Below are positions 51,117 to 64,000 of a stretch of 64,000 bases of DNA, piece by piece. A program made the translations under genes and the position numbers. Numbering within the stretch: the first letter of the stretch is position 1; every line of letters starts with the position of its first letter. Origin of the DNA: Eledone cirrhosa (lineage: Eukaryota); the NCBI GenBank assembly GCA_964016885.1, contig OZ024740.1, positions 179,862,001-179,926,000 on the forward strand, in the 5' to 3' direction. Under the pieces are notes generated by a model. It was given only the letters and a program-made list of their open reading frames with translations, was not told the origin of the DNA and made no database searches.

Positions 51117-52026
51117 GAGAATTCCATATGGCACATATCCCCGTTAACGATATCTAATCCCTTTATAAAATACCGCAGTCTTTCCTCTCATATGATCCAC
51201 AGCCCACCACTACAACCACACCACACATGGCACCTCACCCTCACCACCTACACGTTGACGTTTATAGGATTAGACAAAACACCACACCCCGCTACTCGCA
51301 TCAAACTTTGCTCCTCACCAGTATCACGTCACCTCCATCACGCCCCACCCATCTTACAGGCAAAAGCATTGATCATAATTAACCCACCAATCCAAATAAC
51401 AGAAACTGACCGACATAAGAACGTTTGGCTTTTTATGCCATGTATATTCATTATGTCATTACTACTACAGAGGTCCAACGAGGTTTTGATTCCAGATTCG
51501 AGCCAGGTCGATACAGATCGAACCTCGAATTGATCCGTAGCGCCACGCCCGCCACCAACCAATAAATGTAATGAAGGCGTAACCATTCGTCCTTGCTTTT
51601 GCACACGGTACCAGGCAGAATTGTTTCATCTCTCATTCACTCTCATTCAGGAACAATTGTGTGTGGCACCAGTGTGTGATTTGAACTCGAGAATTTTATA
51701 TTATCCGAGTGAGAAAAGCCTTCTGACGACGATCTCTTTCTGAATGGAATCCGCTTGGATTATCTGTTTATTTTGGGATCAGACACCGCGGTAAAGGCAC
51801 ATATAGTAAGTACAGTAACATTTTAAAAACTTTTACAGTAACATTTTTTAAATCTTTTCTCTATTTGCTTCACATTGATTTTATATATATATATATATAT
51901 ATGTATATACATATATATATATATATATATATTACATAATTAAATAGCTCTGTAGTATACATAGAGCACTCTCCATTCATTTACCCTTTCTACGGAAATA
52001 CTTCATATATATATATATATATATTA

Positions 52027-52195
52027 TCTCATGGAGCAAGAAACGCTGGTCGTCCCAAGAAGACATACGTCAAGCAACTTGATGACGATACTGGATGCAC
52101 TGCGGAAGAACTGGCAAACGCTATGAGAGACAGGGATGGATGGAGGATACGTGTCGTAGAAAGCCGAGCAAGCTCGACCTGATGATTATGATGAT
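52027..52195 (+). mobile_element. RTE-clade LINE 3' terminus
   Basis: HGARNAGRPKKTYVKQLDDDTG...LANAMRDRDGWRIRV...* followed by a (TGA)n-like tail. Confidence 0.75.
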
Positions 52196-52372
52196 ACATA
52201 TTACTATTGGTGTACATATATATATATATTAGTATTGGTGTATATATATATTAGTATTGGTGCTCTGAAATAGCGACGTATACATGCATGTATGTATAGT
52301 ATATTTGAAAATATACCGTATGTTTAATTAAAAACATTTAGAAGACCATTCGCTATTAGATTTAAAATAGTG

Positions 52373-52375
<3 letters not shown>

Positions 52376-52458
<83 letters not shown>

Positions 52459-52473
52459 TGCGCGTATGTGTGT

Positions 52474-52507
<34 letters not shown>

Positions 52508-52530
52508 CTGTGTGTGTTTGTGTGTTTGTT
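52376..52530 (+). repeat. (TG)n microsatellite
   Basis: Seen directly. Confidence 0.95.
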
Positions 52531-54389
52531 TGTTTTGCCAGTGGCAACATTTGAAATTTAGGTTTCAATCATAATATTAATCTTCTAACATTATTCAAAC
52601 TTTAATCTGTTCTCGTTTGCTTTCTCTTATTTTTAGAAATTCATACTGATTGTCAAAATATTTCCCTGATTTCACGTTTCATGTATGGCGGTAATTGCCC
52701 TGTTATGACTAAAAATTAAACATTTTGAGATGTTGATGTACCGTGCAATACCGGATCAATCATGATATTTGCTAGTACAATTTATTAAATATTTAGGTCA
52801 AATCTCAACAAGGATATATTTCTGTGAAATACAAGTGCTTCTTAATTTTATGAATTGTACGTAACTTTCAGAATGAATTAAAATATGCTTCCAGGTAAGG
52901 GAAATACAATAAAATGTAGTGATTATGCATATTTGATACGATTGTCGGAGTTAATATATTGCACAAATGAAAGATGTAATTGCCATAGCTGGAACACTTC
53001 TGGCATGGTAAATGGCTGAAATAGATTTGACCATAGCTGTTCCAGTCCACATCTGACATGGGTATGAAGAGAAAAAAACATACAACTATTGCACAAGGGA
53101 TTTTATGCAGCACAATAGAGGAAATATAATACCTAACGAGGTGAAACTTTGAGCTAACTATAGTTCGGTTACATACAATAACCACATACATATGTAAATA
53201 TTGTATGTTCTACATACACAGGTCTTGTGATAATATGCTTAAATGTTTTTCATTTCAATATTCCGTATTCTATCTTGTAAAAGCAACTGTTTAAAACGTC
53301 TATTTCTCTTCCCTTTCATTACTTATCAGTGTATATTACATTGACTTTCTAGTATTGATCGTTATAGATTGTTGTCGTTTTGTTCGTTCATTTTTGTGCG
53401 CGTCATAACTGTGATCTATATGGTCTGTAAAAAAAAAAAAAGAACAAAAACACAACAAAAATACAGCAACAACAAAGCATGGCAGCACAAGATAAACAAC
53501 ATTGAAAGTAACAGAGAATTTGCTATTCATTCTATGTAATATATAAACTTGCTAACATTTTCCTATGAGTAGATATTGCAAAGAATTAAAATAATTAATG
53601 TAGCTTTCAAAGGGCTTCAGAAAGTTTTTAACTTATAATGCTTAATGTCATTTCCTTTCACAAATATGTTAAATATGGCTAAATACTACATGTTGTTTTG
53701 CATATCTGTGTTTGTCATCTATGAATGCGGAAAATGATTTCAATTTTCTTTTTATTATCGCAGTGAATATTTTGTGTTTTTACTTTTGCTGGGTTTTGAT
53801 ATATGATTTGATTATAGTATGGACAAAACTTTACGAAAGCATTAGCAACTGTGAAGTTTGTGATGCTATCTATGTTCTGCAAATCATGCTATCAAAGAAA
53901 TTTATTCATCAAATGTATACATGTTTTTATTCCTCTTCATAATATCAACCAACGTAATACAAATTATTGATTGACTCTTAAGCAGACTCGATAAAGAAAC
54001 AAGTGAAATAAACGTCTTGACATTTATTGCTTTAAATGTATTCTTCTATAATATGTTTTTGTTTTATTATATGTGATGAGTGTTGATGGTGGATATGGGG
54101 CTTCACGGTGGCATGTACCCTTATAAAAGGTAGGAACTAAATGTCAGGCATGATTAGTTATTTTGTTTTAATTAAAGAAAAATATATAATGAAACAACGG
54201 AATATTTAAAATCGACTAGCCACATAAAAACCGCAGTCTTGTATGAGAACAAAACGAAGGAACCAAATACAATATCCATACGTATTTATATGAAGTATAT
54301 GTAGGTTATATAGACTTATGTATCCATCTACCTATCTATCCAACCATCTGCCGCTCTCTCGCTTTATTTCTTCCTCCCTATCTCTCTCT

Positions 54390-56059
<1,670 letters not shown>

Positions 56060-56100
56060 AGAACATTTTAAAAATTAAAAATCAACTTACTAAAATTTTC

Positions 56101-56203
56101 ACTCCAACTAATTAGTTTCTGTAAGGGGATAAATATAGTTACATAATATAACTATAGATAATTCCTTACGTCATCAGGTAATTCCTTACGTCATCAGGGA
56201 GTC
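56101..56203 (-). ncRNA. Type I hammerhead candidate with a duplicated CTGATGA arm
   Basis: actcc-CTGATGA-cgtaaggaattac-CTGATGA-cgtaagg...ccttaca-GAAA-ctaattag-TT-ggagt. Confidence 0.6.
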
Positions 56204-56661
56204 TATTCTCAGCTAAGTTCCCAGGCGATGCGCGGACACTAGGAACCCATATAAAAATAATAATAATTCAGTGGATGGAATAACGCTAGCGAAGACTAAA
56301 TTCCGGAGCACTGAAAAAATTCACTGCCTCTGGTCAATGGCAGATTCTAAGGAATCGATCACGTGACACTGAGGTTAATCAGTTAGGAGCGGGGTGGTAT
56401 TATGACAAGAGCCTACTACTACCATGAATCAGCAGTAAATTTTGGCAAGTTTTGCTCAACAAATAATTTGGAGATAAATATAGAGAATTAGTACATTTAC
56501 CAACATATGTGTACAGATGTTCACATATGCTAGCAAATATATATGTTATGTCTTAGTACCTTTGTGGTTCTATGCAGGGGGATGCAGAACAATTATATGA
56601 AAGACGTAAAAGAAGAAAATTTTAAAAATTAAAAATCAACTTACTTACTTACTAAAATTTT

Positions 56662-56743
56662 CCTCCAACTAATTAGTTTCTGTAAGGGATAACTATAGTT
56701 ACATAATATAACTATAGAGAATTCCTTACGTCATCAGGGAGTC
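56662..56743 (-). ncRNA. Type I hammerhead candidate
   Basis: ctcc-CTGATGA-c-gtaagg...ctatagtta/taactatag...ccttac-a-GAAA-ctaattag-TT-ggag: long stem II, palindromic stem III, GUU triplet. Confidence 0.7.
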
Positions 56744-57022
56744 TATTCTCAGCTAAGTTCCCAGGCGATGCGCGGACACTAGGAACCCATATAAAAATAA
56801 TAATAATGCAGTGGATGGAATAAAGCTACCGTGGACTAAATTCCTGAGCACTGAAAAAATTCACTGCCTCTGGTCAGTGGCAGATTCTAAAGAATCAATC
56901 ACGTGACACTGAGGTTAATCAGTTAGGAGCGGGGTGGTATTATGACAAGAGCCTACTACTACCATGAATCAGCATTAAATTTTGGCAAGTTTTGCTCAAC
57001 AAATAATTTGGAGATAAATATA

Positions 57023-60000
57023 TGTTCGGGGTACGCACGTGTGTGTGGTGTTTATACGTATTGTAGATGTATGTGGCGTCGTTCAAAAAACAATTTTTTG
57101 TGTGTGTATGTCCGTGGGTAAGTTCCTAAGGTAGTTCCGTAGAGGGTGGGATAAGTTGCCGGATATTTTCCTTGTGATGGAGTTGATGGTGGGAACGATG
57201 GCCAATGGTGTGTAATCCGTGGTTGTGTTGTTCGGAAGAGGGGAGATGTGGGGTGCGTTTGCAACAGGAAGTGGTCAGAGGTTCAAGGCAGGATGAGGGT
57301 AGAGGAGAATGACAGGTGGAGAGGGCTGTGTGTCTGTGTGTGCGGAGAAGTGGTCAGCAGTAGAGGAGAATGGCAGGTGGAGAAAGTCAGTGTGTCAATG
57401 AGTGCGGAGGTGTGGTGGACAGGGGAGAGTATGGGTAGGTGTGAATGGTGGAGTGGGCAGGTGGTGTATTAGTAGAGGTGTTAGTGGGATGTATGTGTGT
57501 GTGTCAAAGGGTGTGGATGGAGCGGGGAGAGGGAGAGAAATGTGTGGGGGAAGGTGAGGGAGTGTTGTGTACTGGTGTGTGCGTGCGTGTTTGGATGAGC
57601 GTGTGTGTGGTGAATGGGGGTGTTAGTGGGTGTTAGTATACTGGTGGTGGAGAAAGGGTTGAATGCGGGTGTGTTAGTGGGGGTCAGTGGTTGTATGGTG
57701 TGTATAGTGGGTGATGTAAGTGGATGTGGGTGGATGTGTGCGTTCTTGTGCGTTTTGTCGGGGGTATGTTAGTGGTATAAGTTGTGGGGTGGTGGGAGTG
57801 GATGTGTGGGTGAGGGTTAGTTGTGGTAGTAAGGTGTGTGGATAGTGTGAGTGCGTGTATTTATATACCGGTGGATCTGTGCGTGATAGGGGGGAGGGGG
57901 TGTTAGTATTGTTAGTTGTGGGGTGGGCGGTGAAAAGGAGGAGTGTGTTAGTGGTGTTAGTGGGGGATATTAGTGTGGGAGGGAAAAACAGGGCGGTCGA
58001 TGGCTAAAGGAAAAGGGGTGGGGAGTTCTAGCCAGGGGGAGTGTGGGTCTGTAGGGTGAAGATGGTGCGTTGTTCGACCCCGAGGCGCGTGGCGGGTGTT
58101 CCGTGGCATTGGTGTAGGCCACAGACTGGGAGGTGGTGCGCGGAATGTCTAGGGGATCCAAAGTGGCGGACGATGGGGGAACACCCGCCGAGACGAATAT
58201 CCCGGAAGTATTCGGTGAAACGGTCCGCCAGGCGACCTCCAGTCTGTCCGACCTAGTTTGCGCTACACTCCGTGCAGCGAAGTCCATAGACTAGGTTGGA
58301 GGAGGTGCAGCGGAAGGCGTGCCGGACTGAGGGAGAGTGGCCGTTGGGACCCTGGAAGGTGGTGGTGTTGGTGATGTGGGGGCAGGTGTTGCACCGAGGC
58401 CTGGAACAGGGAAGGGAACCGGGGGTGGGAAGAGAGCGTGGGTTGGGGGGTAGGGAGCTGCGGACGAGGAAGGTGCGGAGATTACGAGCGCGTTTGAAGG
58501 AGGGGAGTCGTGGGGATGGGAAGATGTGGGATGTGGAGGGGTTGGACTGTAGGCGTCGGAAGAGGCGGAGGATGGTGCGGTGCAGGGTTGGGTGGAGGGA
58601 TGGTAGGTGATGGGGGAGGGGAGACGGTGGTTGGGTGTGCAGTGGGGTGGGGTGAGGATGGTGGAGCGGTGGACAGCACGGGCACGAATGAGGGTGATGT
58701 GGACGAGAGAGGGGGCTTAACCACTGCGGATGAAATGGCCTGCTAGGGAAAGGGCCTGGGACTCAAACTCAGCATCTCCACTTAGAGGCGGCGTCTCCTG
58801 AGGAGTTGCGAGTAGCGAATAGAGTGTTTAGTGTGTGTAGGGTGGGATGAGGTGAAGTCGAGGTAGGAGTGGGAGGAGGTGGGTTTCAAGAAGGCGGAGG
58901 TGACGAGGGAGTGGTGGGAGGGCTTGATGGCGACGGAGATGTCTAAGAAGTGGACGCGGGTGGTGGAGATAGAGGTGGTGAAGTAGAGGGAGGGGTGTAA
59001 GGAGGGGTGTAAGGAGCAGAAGAAGGAGCGAAAGTATGATTGTCGGGTGATTGTCGTGTCTCCGATACAGTCGTCGATGTAATGACCGTACAGTTCGGGC
59101 GCGGAACCGGTGTACTAGGCAAACATTTGGGCCTCAACATGGCCAACGCAAAGGTTGGCATAGTTTGGGCCTCTTCTTTTGCCCATGGCTACACCCGTGA
59201 CCTATTGGTAAAACATAACCGAGAAGGAGAAACAGTTGAGGGGGAGGCCCAGCTTGGCAAGGCGAAGGAGGGTGGGGGTGGATGGGATGGTGGAGGAGCG
59301 AAGGTCGAGGTAGTGCATGAGAGCACGTAGGCCGTCGGCGTGGGGGTTGACAGTATAAAGCGACTTGATATCTAGGGTGAAGAGGAAGGGCTTTGGGCCG
59401 GGTGTGATTGGTGTCGGAGATGTGGGAGGGGAGGGTGGTGACGAGGTGGGCGAGGATGGAGTCAAGAAAGGCGGAGATGAGTTCGGTGGGGCAGTTGCAA
59501 GCGGAGACGATGGGGCGGTCGGGGTTGTCGGGTTTGTGCAGTTTGGGGAGGTAGTAGATAGTGGAGGTGCGCACGGTCAGGTGGGAAGCGGTGGGGAAGA
59601 GGAGGGAGGAGGAGACAAGGTGTTGGATGGTGAAGGAAACTTGTTGTTGGTAGAGGGTGTGGGGTCGCAGGGTAGAGGGCGGTAGAAGAGGGGGTTATGG
59701 AGCTTCCTGAGGGCTTCAACCGTGTAGAGGTCAGCGCGCTACACCACCACAGCACCTTGACCGCCTGTTTGATGACGATGTCATCTTGGCTACGGGGGGA
59801 GCGGAGAGCGAGGAGTTCGCCCCGTGAGACGTTATGCCGTTTGGACCGGTGGCGGAAGTCGAAGCGATTTCCTGCGCTAGCGTCGACGAACGCGTCCAGG
59901 GTGCTAAATATCCCTGGGGCCGGCGTCCAAGAAGATGGTCGTCGGCCCAGGGCGAGAAACGGGTCTGGGGCGTTCGGAGCTGGTGGCGTTTGATCGAAAT

Positions 60001-60027
60001 GTGCCTGTAGCTTCGTGCCGCGCAGAA
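57023..60027 (-). mobile_element. Second Neptune-type PLE (relative of 6711-9447), decayed, with longer 5' RT region and no own pLTR
   Basis: IYYLPKLHKPDNPDRPIVSACNCPTELISAFLDSIL, FTLDIKSLYT, GIY-YIG region ~58000-58300; 3' region matches 7900-8910. Confidence 0.88.
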
Positions 60028-60035
60028 TGTATGTA

Positions 60036-60150
60036 TAGAAGATCATACGCTATCAGTTTTAAGTTCGTGACTATGTCAATTACTTATTTTCGGCGAAAAT
60101 AAGTAAGTGACATAGTCACTGCTTTAAAGCTGATAGGGTATGGTCTTCTA
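60036..60150. repeat. 115 bp palindrome at the 5' junction of the second Neptune
   Basis: tagaagatcatac...ttacttattttcg-g-cgaaaataagtaa...gtatggtcttcta. Confidence 0.8.
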
Positions 60151-60234
60151 AATGTTTCTAATTACACATACGGTATATTGCCAAATATACTATACATACA
60201 TTCATGTATACATCGCTATTTCAGAGAACCAATG

Positions 60235-60274
<40 letters not shown>

Positions 60275-60630
60275 TGTGTGGGTGGGGGTGTATATATATA
60301 TATACATGTGTGTGTGTGTGTGCATGTGCACGTGCGCGTGTGTGTGTGTGTGATTATGAACACACTGCGGGACGAAAGGTAAAATCCCTCAACAGGCATC
60401 GCTTGAAATCGCTTGATATGTTTGCGATGCATATTGCTGGCCGTAGGCCTGTTCCTAAAAGGACTAAAAGCCACGTCCGTGATGTACATGCTGAAATATC
60501 AACCGATGGCATTACTCTACAACGAGTTGCAGCCATCATAATGGACGTATTTATGTATGTATGTATGTATGTATGTATGTATGTATGTATGTATGTATGT
60601 ATGTATGTATGTATGTATGTATGTATGTAT

Positions 60631-61332
60631 GGTGAGGAGGGTGATTTTGGACACCCTGCAGGACAAAAAACAAAACCTCACAAAGGGCGGAAGAACTCAT
60701 AATAGTCAACGACCATCCGAAAAAGTGCAAATATGTATATACACATGTACCGCGCGGTTAAACCACTGGGAGTGAAGGACCCCTAGCCTTTGTCAGGGCA
60801 TTTTTCTAGGAGAAGGCAACTCAGGAAACTGTGATAACTCCGATATAAAACCTGCGGCTCAGTAGTTACCGATGATGTTGATCTTTTCTTCTTTTCAGGT
60901 TATAGCTACAGTCGTTCAGAGAGTGGTATTGGCTCAGTGCACAGTCTTTCCTCACTTTAAAAATATCTTCACGCACAGGCACTGCACGACAGAATTAATT
61001 AATAATTATTAATAATGGTATATCGTGCAAAGGCCATACTCGATAACGAGGGGGCAGCTATCATCATGTATGTATGTATGTATGTATCTTAAGAGTCAAT
61101 GGCCATCCTAAATCACCGGGAGAGATGACCCCCTTAGCCTTTGTCAAGTCAGAATTCTAGGAGAAGGAAAACTCTGGTATAACACCTGCAATCCTGATGG
61201 TATCCAATGATGTCTGTCCTGACTTTTAAAAAATCTTCACGCACAGGTATTGCACGATATGATTAATTAATAATTATTAATAATGGTATATCGTGCAATG
61301 GCCATATTCCATAATGAGGGTGTAGCCATCAT
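60631..61332 (+). mobile_element. Two partial tandem copies of a non-coding repeat in (TATG)n, with an RTE 5'UTR-like motif
   Basis: 60631-61066 and ~61090-61332 share ctaggagaagg..aactc and aatcttcacgcacagg...atcgtgcaa...atcatg; TATG tracts on both sides. Confidence 0.55.
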
Positions 61333-63834
61333 GTATGTATGTATGATTGTATGTTTGTATTAATGTATATATGTATGCATGTATAAATAGGACATACATG
61401 TTTTATGTACGCTTGTATGTATATATATATATATTTCTGTATATATACCCATAGAAATGGAAGTTTTCACCGTAAATTGAGAATTTAAAATACTTCCAAA
61501 TTAGGGCAGAATAATATTTGGCATTAGCGTGTAAGGTAATCAAATCCAAAACTTACTTTTATCGGGAAATATGCTAACCCCAATACACCCATACTATTTT
61601 CCCGTTAGATGTCGAAGCTATAGAGTAAATAATGGTAAATAGGAAAGCATCTTTGGATTCGATGCTGACTGTGGTGGGCAATTGTTACGGCGGTCTCCAA
61701 GAGATCCTACCCCTCCTTAGGAAAAACAAGCTATCCAGTTCCTGTCTGGAGAACTTTGCCATATCCTGAAATACCTGCCTTTGTAGTGCCACGGGCGGGG
61801 GGGGGGGCGGTTCTGCCAGTTCAAGAAAAACTTTACTCTCATGGAAGAGCTGTCATACGCGTGTAGTTAGATGAAACCGTTCTGTAAGCAATCTTCCAAT
61901 ACCTGGATATTGCGGACTTGTGGAGTTATATCGAACAGCTCTCGTCGCATGTAGGACGTATCCAGCTATCAACTCACGTCCTATTGAAGATGCACCCACA
62001 GCCTTCGTTTGCCTAGGAAGGGTAGACAGCCTCCCCTGTCTGGTGCCTGTAACGAAAGAAGTTACGTGGTGGACGTGAATGAAATGACTGAAGACCGACA
62101 GTTTTCTATTCAACATAACACGCCTCAAATATTCCAAGTTCCACTTGAAAAGGAAGAAGGTGAAGACGGAACAGCTGCCGTACAGTTACATTTGTTAAAA
62201 GCTGGGAGAACGTAGCGAGGATGACTCGATTGACTGGGTCTACACTGAATATGCCCCTGTAAGCTGGAAAGTTTTGAGAGGTGATGGGCATCTTCCTAGG
62301 GTGATCTTGGAGGTTAAGGTACGGGTCCTTATTGACCACTCGGTGGTTCTCTCTCTTTCGGGGACACTTTATTGTTATCAATTTATTGTTTATTATCTGT
62401 TTCATTCTTCACCTTTTCCAACGTGTTTGTAAATCCGCACTGTCTCTATCTTTTATATTGTACATGTTTGGGCTCTTTAGTGAAATAGATAAAGAATCGT
62501 TTTAATTGCTATTGTTTATATTATTCTTGTTGTTATTTAAATTGATGATTTATTCTGTAAATTTCCCAAAGAGAATTCCTGACTGAATCGTGTCAGCTCT
62601 ACACTGATCTCCGATTTGTTTTGCATTAACATGCCTAGAAAATACCATGATGAAAACCAAAGCCTCCCCATCACTAGCTCAGAATCTGATTGATAAATAG
62701 TGATCTTTATTTAAATGTCCATGACAACAAATATTATAAATAAAACATTATTTTTGTCCATGCTGTGCTAGATATAGGATGAATCACAGTTCTCATTACA
62801 AGCTGTCACTATCTATTCTCATTAAATATCCTTATCAATACAGCTGTCTCTTGTTTGTGCATGAATCAATCAAATTCTTGTAATGCTTAGCCATTATCTA
62901 GGTTTCTTCACTTTACCATCACAAATTTCTTCTATCTCTCTATCTCTGCCCGATTCTTCTGAAATAAAAGTGAACTCCTACCCCAAATTCCATTACCCAT
63001 CCACCGACTGTATTCAATAAAGTGTTTGACATATTTTATTTCAAATTCATGATAGCTACATGCTTATCGGTTTATATAACTTATAGTAACAAGATAATTA
63101 CATTTCAAATTAATTAAACTGCTGTACAAATTAATGTACACCACGAAAGTCAGTGTGAAAAAAGACATAACTTAGTCATGGTAAACGCCTTACAACGTAC
63201 ATCGTTTTAGTCATTTGCCTTCTCAGGTTCAAATATCGTCATTACATGTAAATTTAGATATTGATAATTGGAATCCTTATTGCTGTTTGCTAGTCGACAT
63301 AAGGTGAAGACAATTGAAAAGTCTACATCACACTGTTTTCCAACCATTTCGATATCTTACTTTCAGATAATAAATATTTACAAGGTAACCATAATTTACA
63401 TAACATCAATATAGAATGTGTTTAATGCATAACATGAGTTTCTGGTTTAATGTTTTAATATTTTAGAGATAAAGTTTGAAGACGATAAGATTATTAATAT
63501 ATATCCATAATATCAATTTCTAAACGCAAGTAAATTTCACAAAATGTGATTTGGAAAAATGACATTTAACAATATATAATTTTAATTCCATTATGTATAA
63601 TTATATTGCTAAGAATTGAAATATCATGAGAGAAGTTAAAACGTGGGGTAAATGAGGTTCTAGTTTTAATTGTAGAACCTTCACATAATTATTTCTTTAT
63701 GATTGTTTTGTCAACGAAATAAGTATTTGTAAAGTAAGGGAGTGAATTGAATGGAAAAAGTAAATACAATATTAACATCTATGAATTCTGCCTAGAGATG
63801 CCAACAACAGCAACAACAAACATTATTTTCAATA

Positions 63835-64000
63835 AGTGGATTGGGAGTATCGGTAGAGGGTCGGACGCCATGCTTTCCAGCATAGTTACGTCCCTTTATG
63901 ATCTGAGTTCAAATCCCGCCGAGGTTGACTTTGCCTTTCATCCTTACGGGGTCGATAAAATAAAGTACCAGTAATGCACTGGGTGATTGCTGGCCTTGTG
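63835..64000 (+). mobile_element. tRNA-derived SINE with a Meta-like core (runs off the window)
   Basis: A-box-like gggagtatcggtag, B-box gagttcaaatccc, then gcctttcatccttacggggtcgataaaataaagtacc. Confidence 0.8.

Larger units (their letters stand above)
56064..57022 (-). mobile_element. Tandem ~561 bp non-coding units, each with a hammerhead (pLTR/retrozyme-like)
   Basis: 56064-56482 is repeated at 56618-57022; ctccaactaattag occurs at 56102 and 56663. Confidence 0.8.

Noticed and set aside
52868-53191. 107-aa hydrophobic minus-strand ORF or possible exon
   Set aside because: No recognisable domain, AT-rich composition, and no consistent splice chain.
61690-62405. GC-richer block with short ORFs, perhaps an old LINE ORF1
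   Set aside because: No diagnostic motif recognised.

Overview
AT-rich, microsatellite-dense animal DNA with no recognisable host gene. The SINE type and repeat landscape suggest a cephalopod (Octopus-like) genome, which is an inference. Almost all interpretable sequence is transposon-derived. (1) A ~22 kb cluster (20.3-42.6 kb) holds five head-to-tail R4/Dong-clade RLE non-LTR retrotransposons stacked in the (TAT)n tail of a Tx1/L1-like element. One has an intact 1130-aa ORF and one is 5'-inverted. (2) Penelope-like elements (PLEs): two decayed Neptune-type copies and one Naiad-type (YRDD) copy. (3) hAT, RTE, L1 and SINE fragments. (4) The most interesting signal is a set of non-coding elements sitting in or beside (TA)n tracts. 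They are foldback palindromes or ~510-720 bp permuted tandem units, and many carry hammerhead-ribozyme (HHR) cores (CTGANGA...GAAA...NUH). Two of these fold by eye into complete type I hammerheads (47322-47402 and 56662-56743, minus strand). The architecture fits PLE pseudo-LTRs or retrozyme-like, possibly circular, RNA parasites. All alignments and folds were done by eye; no database search was run.
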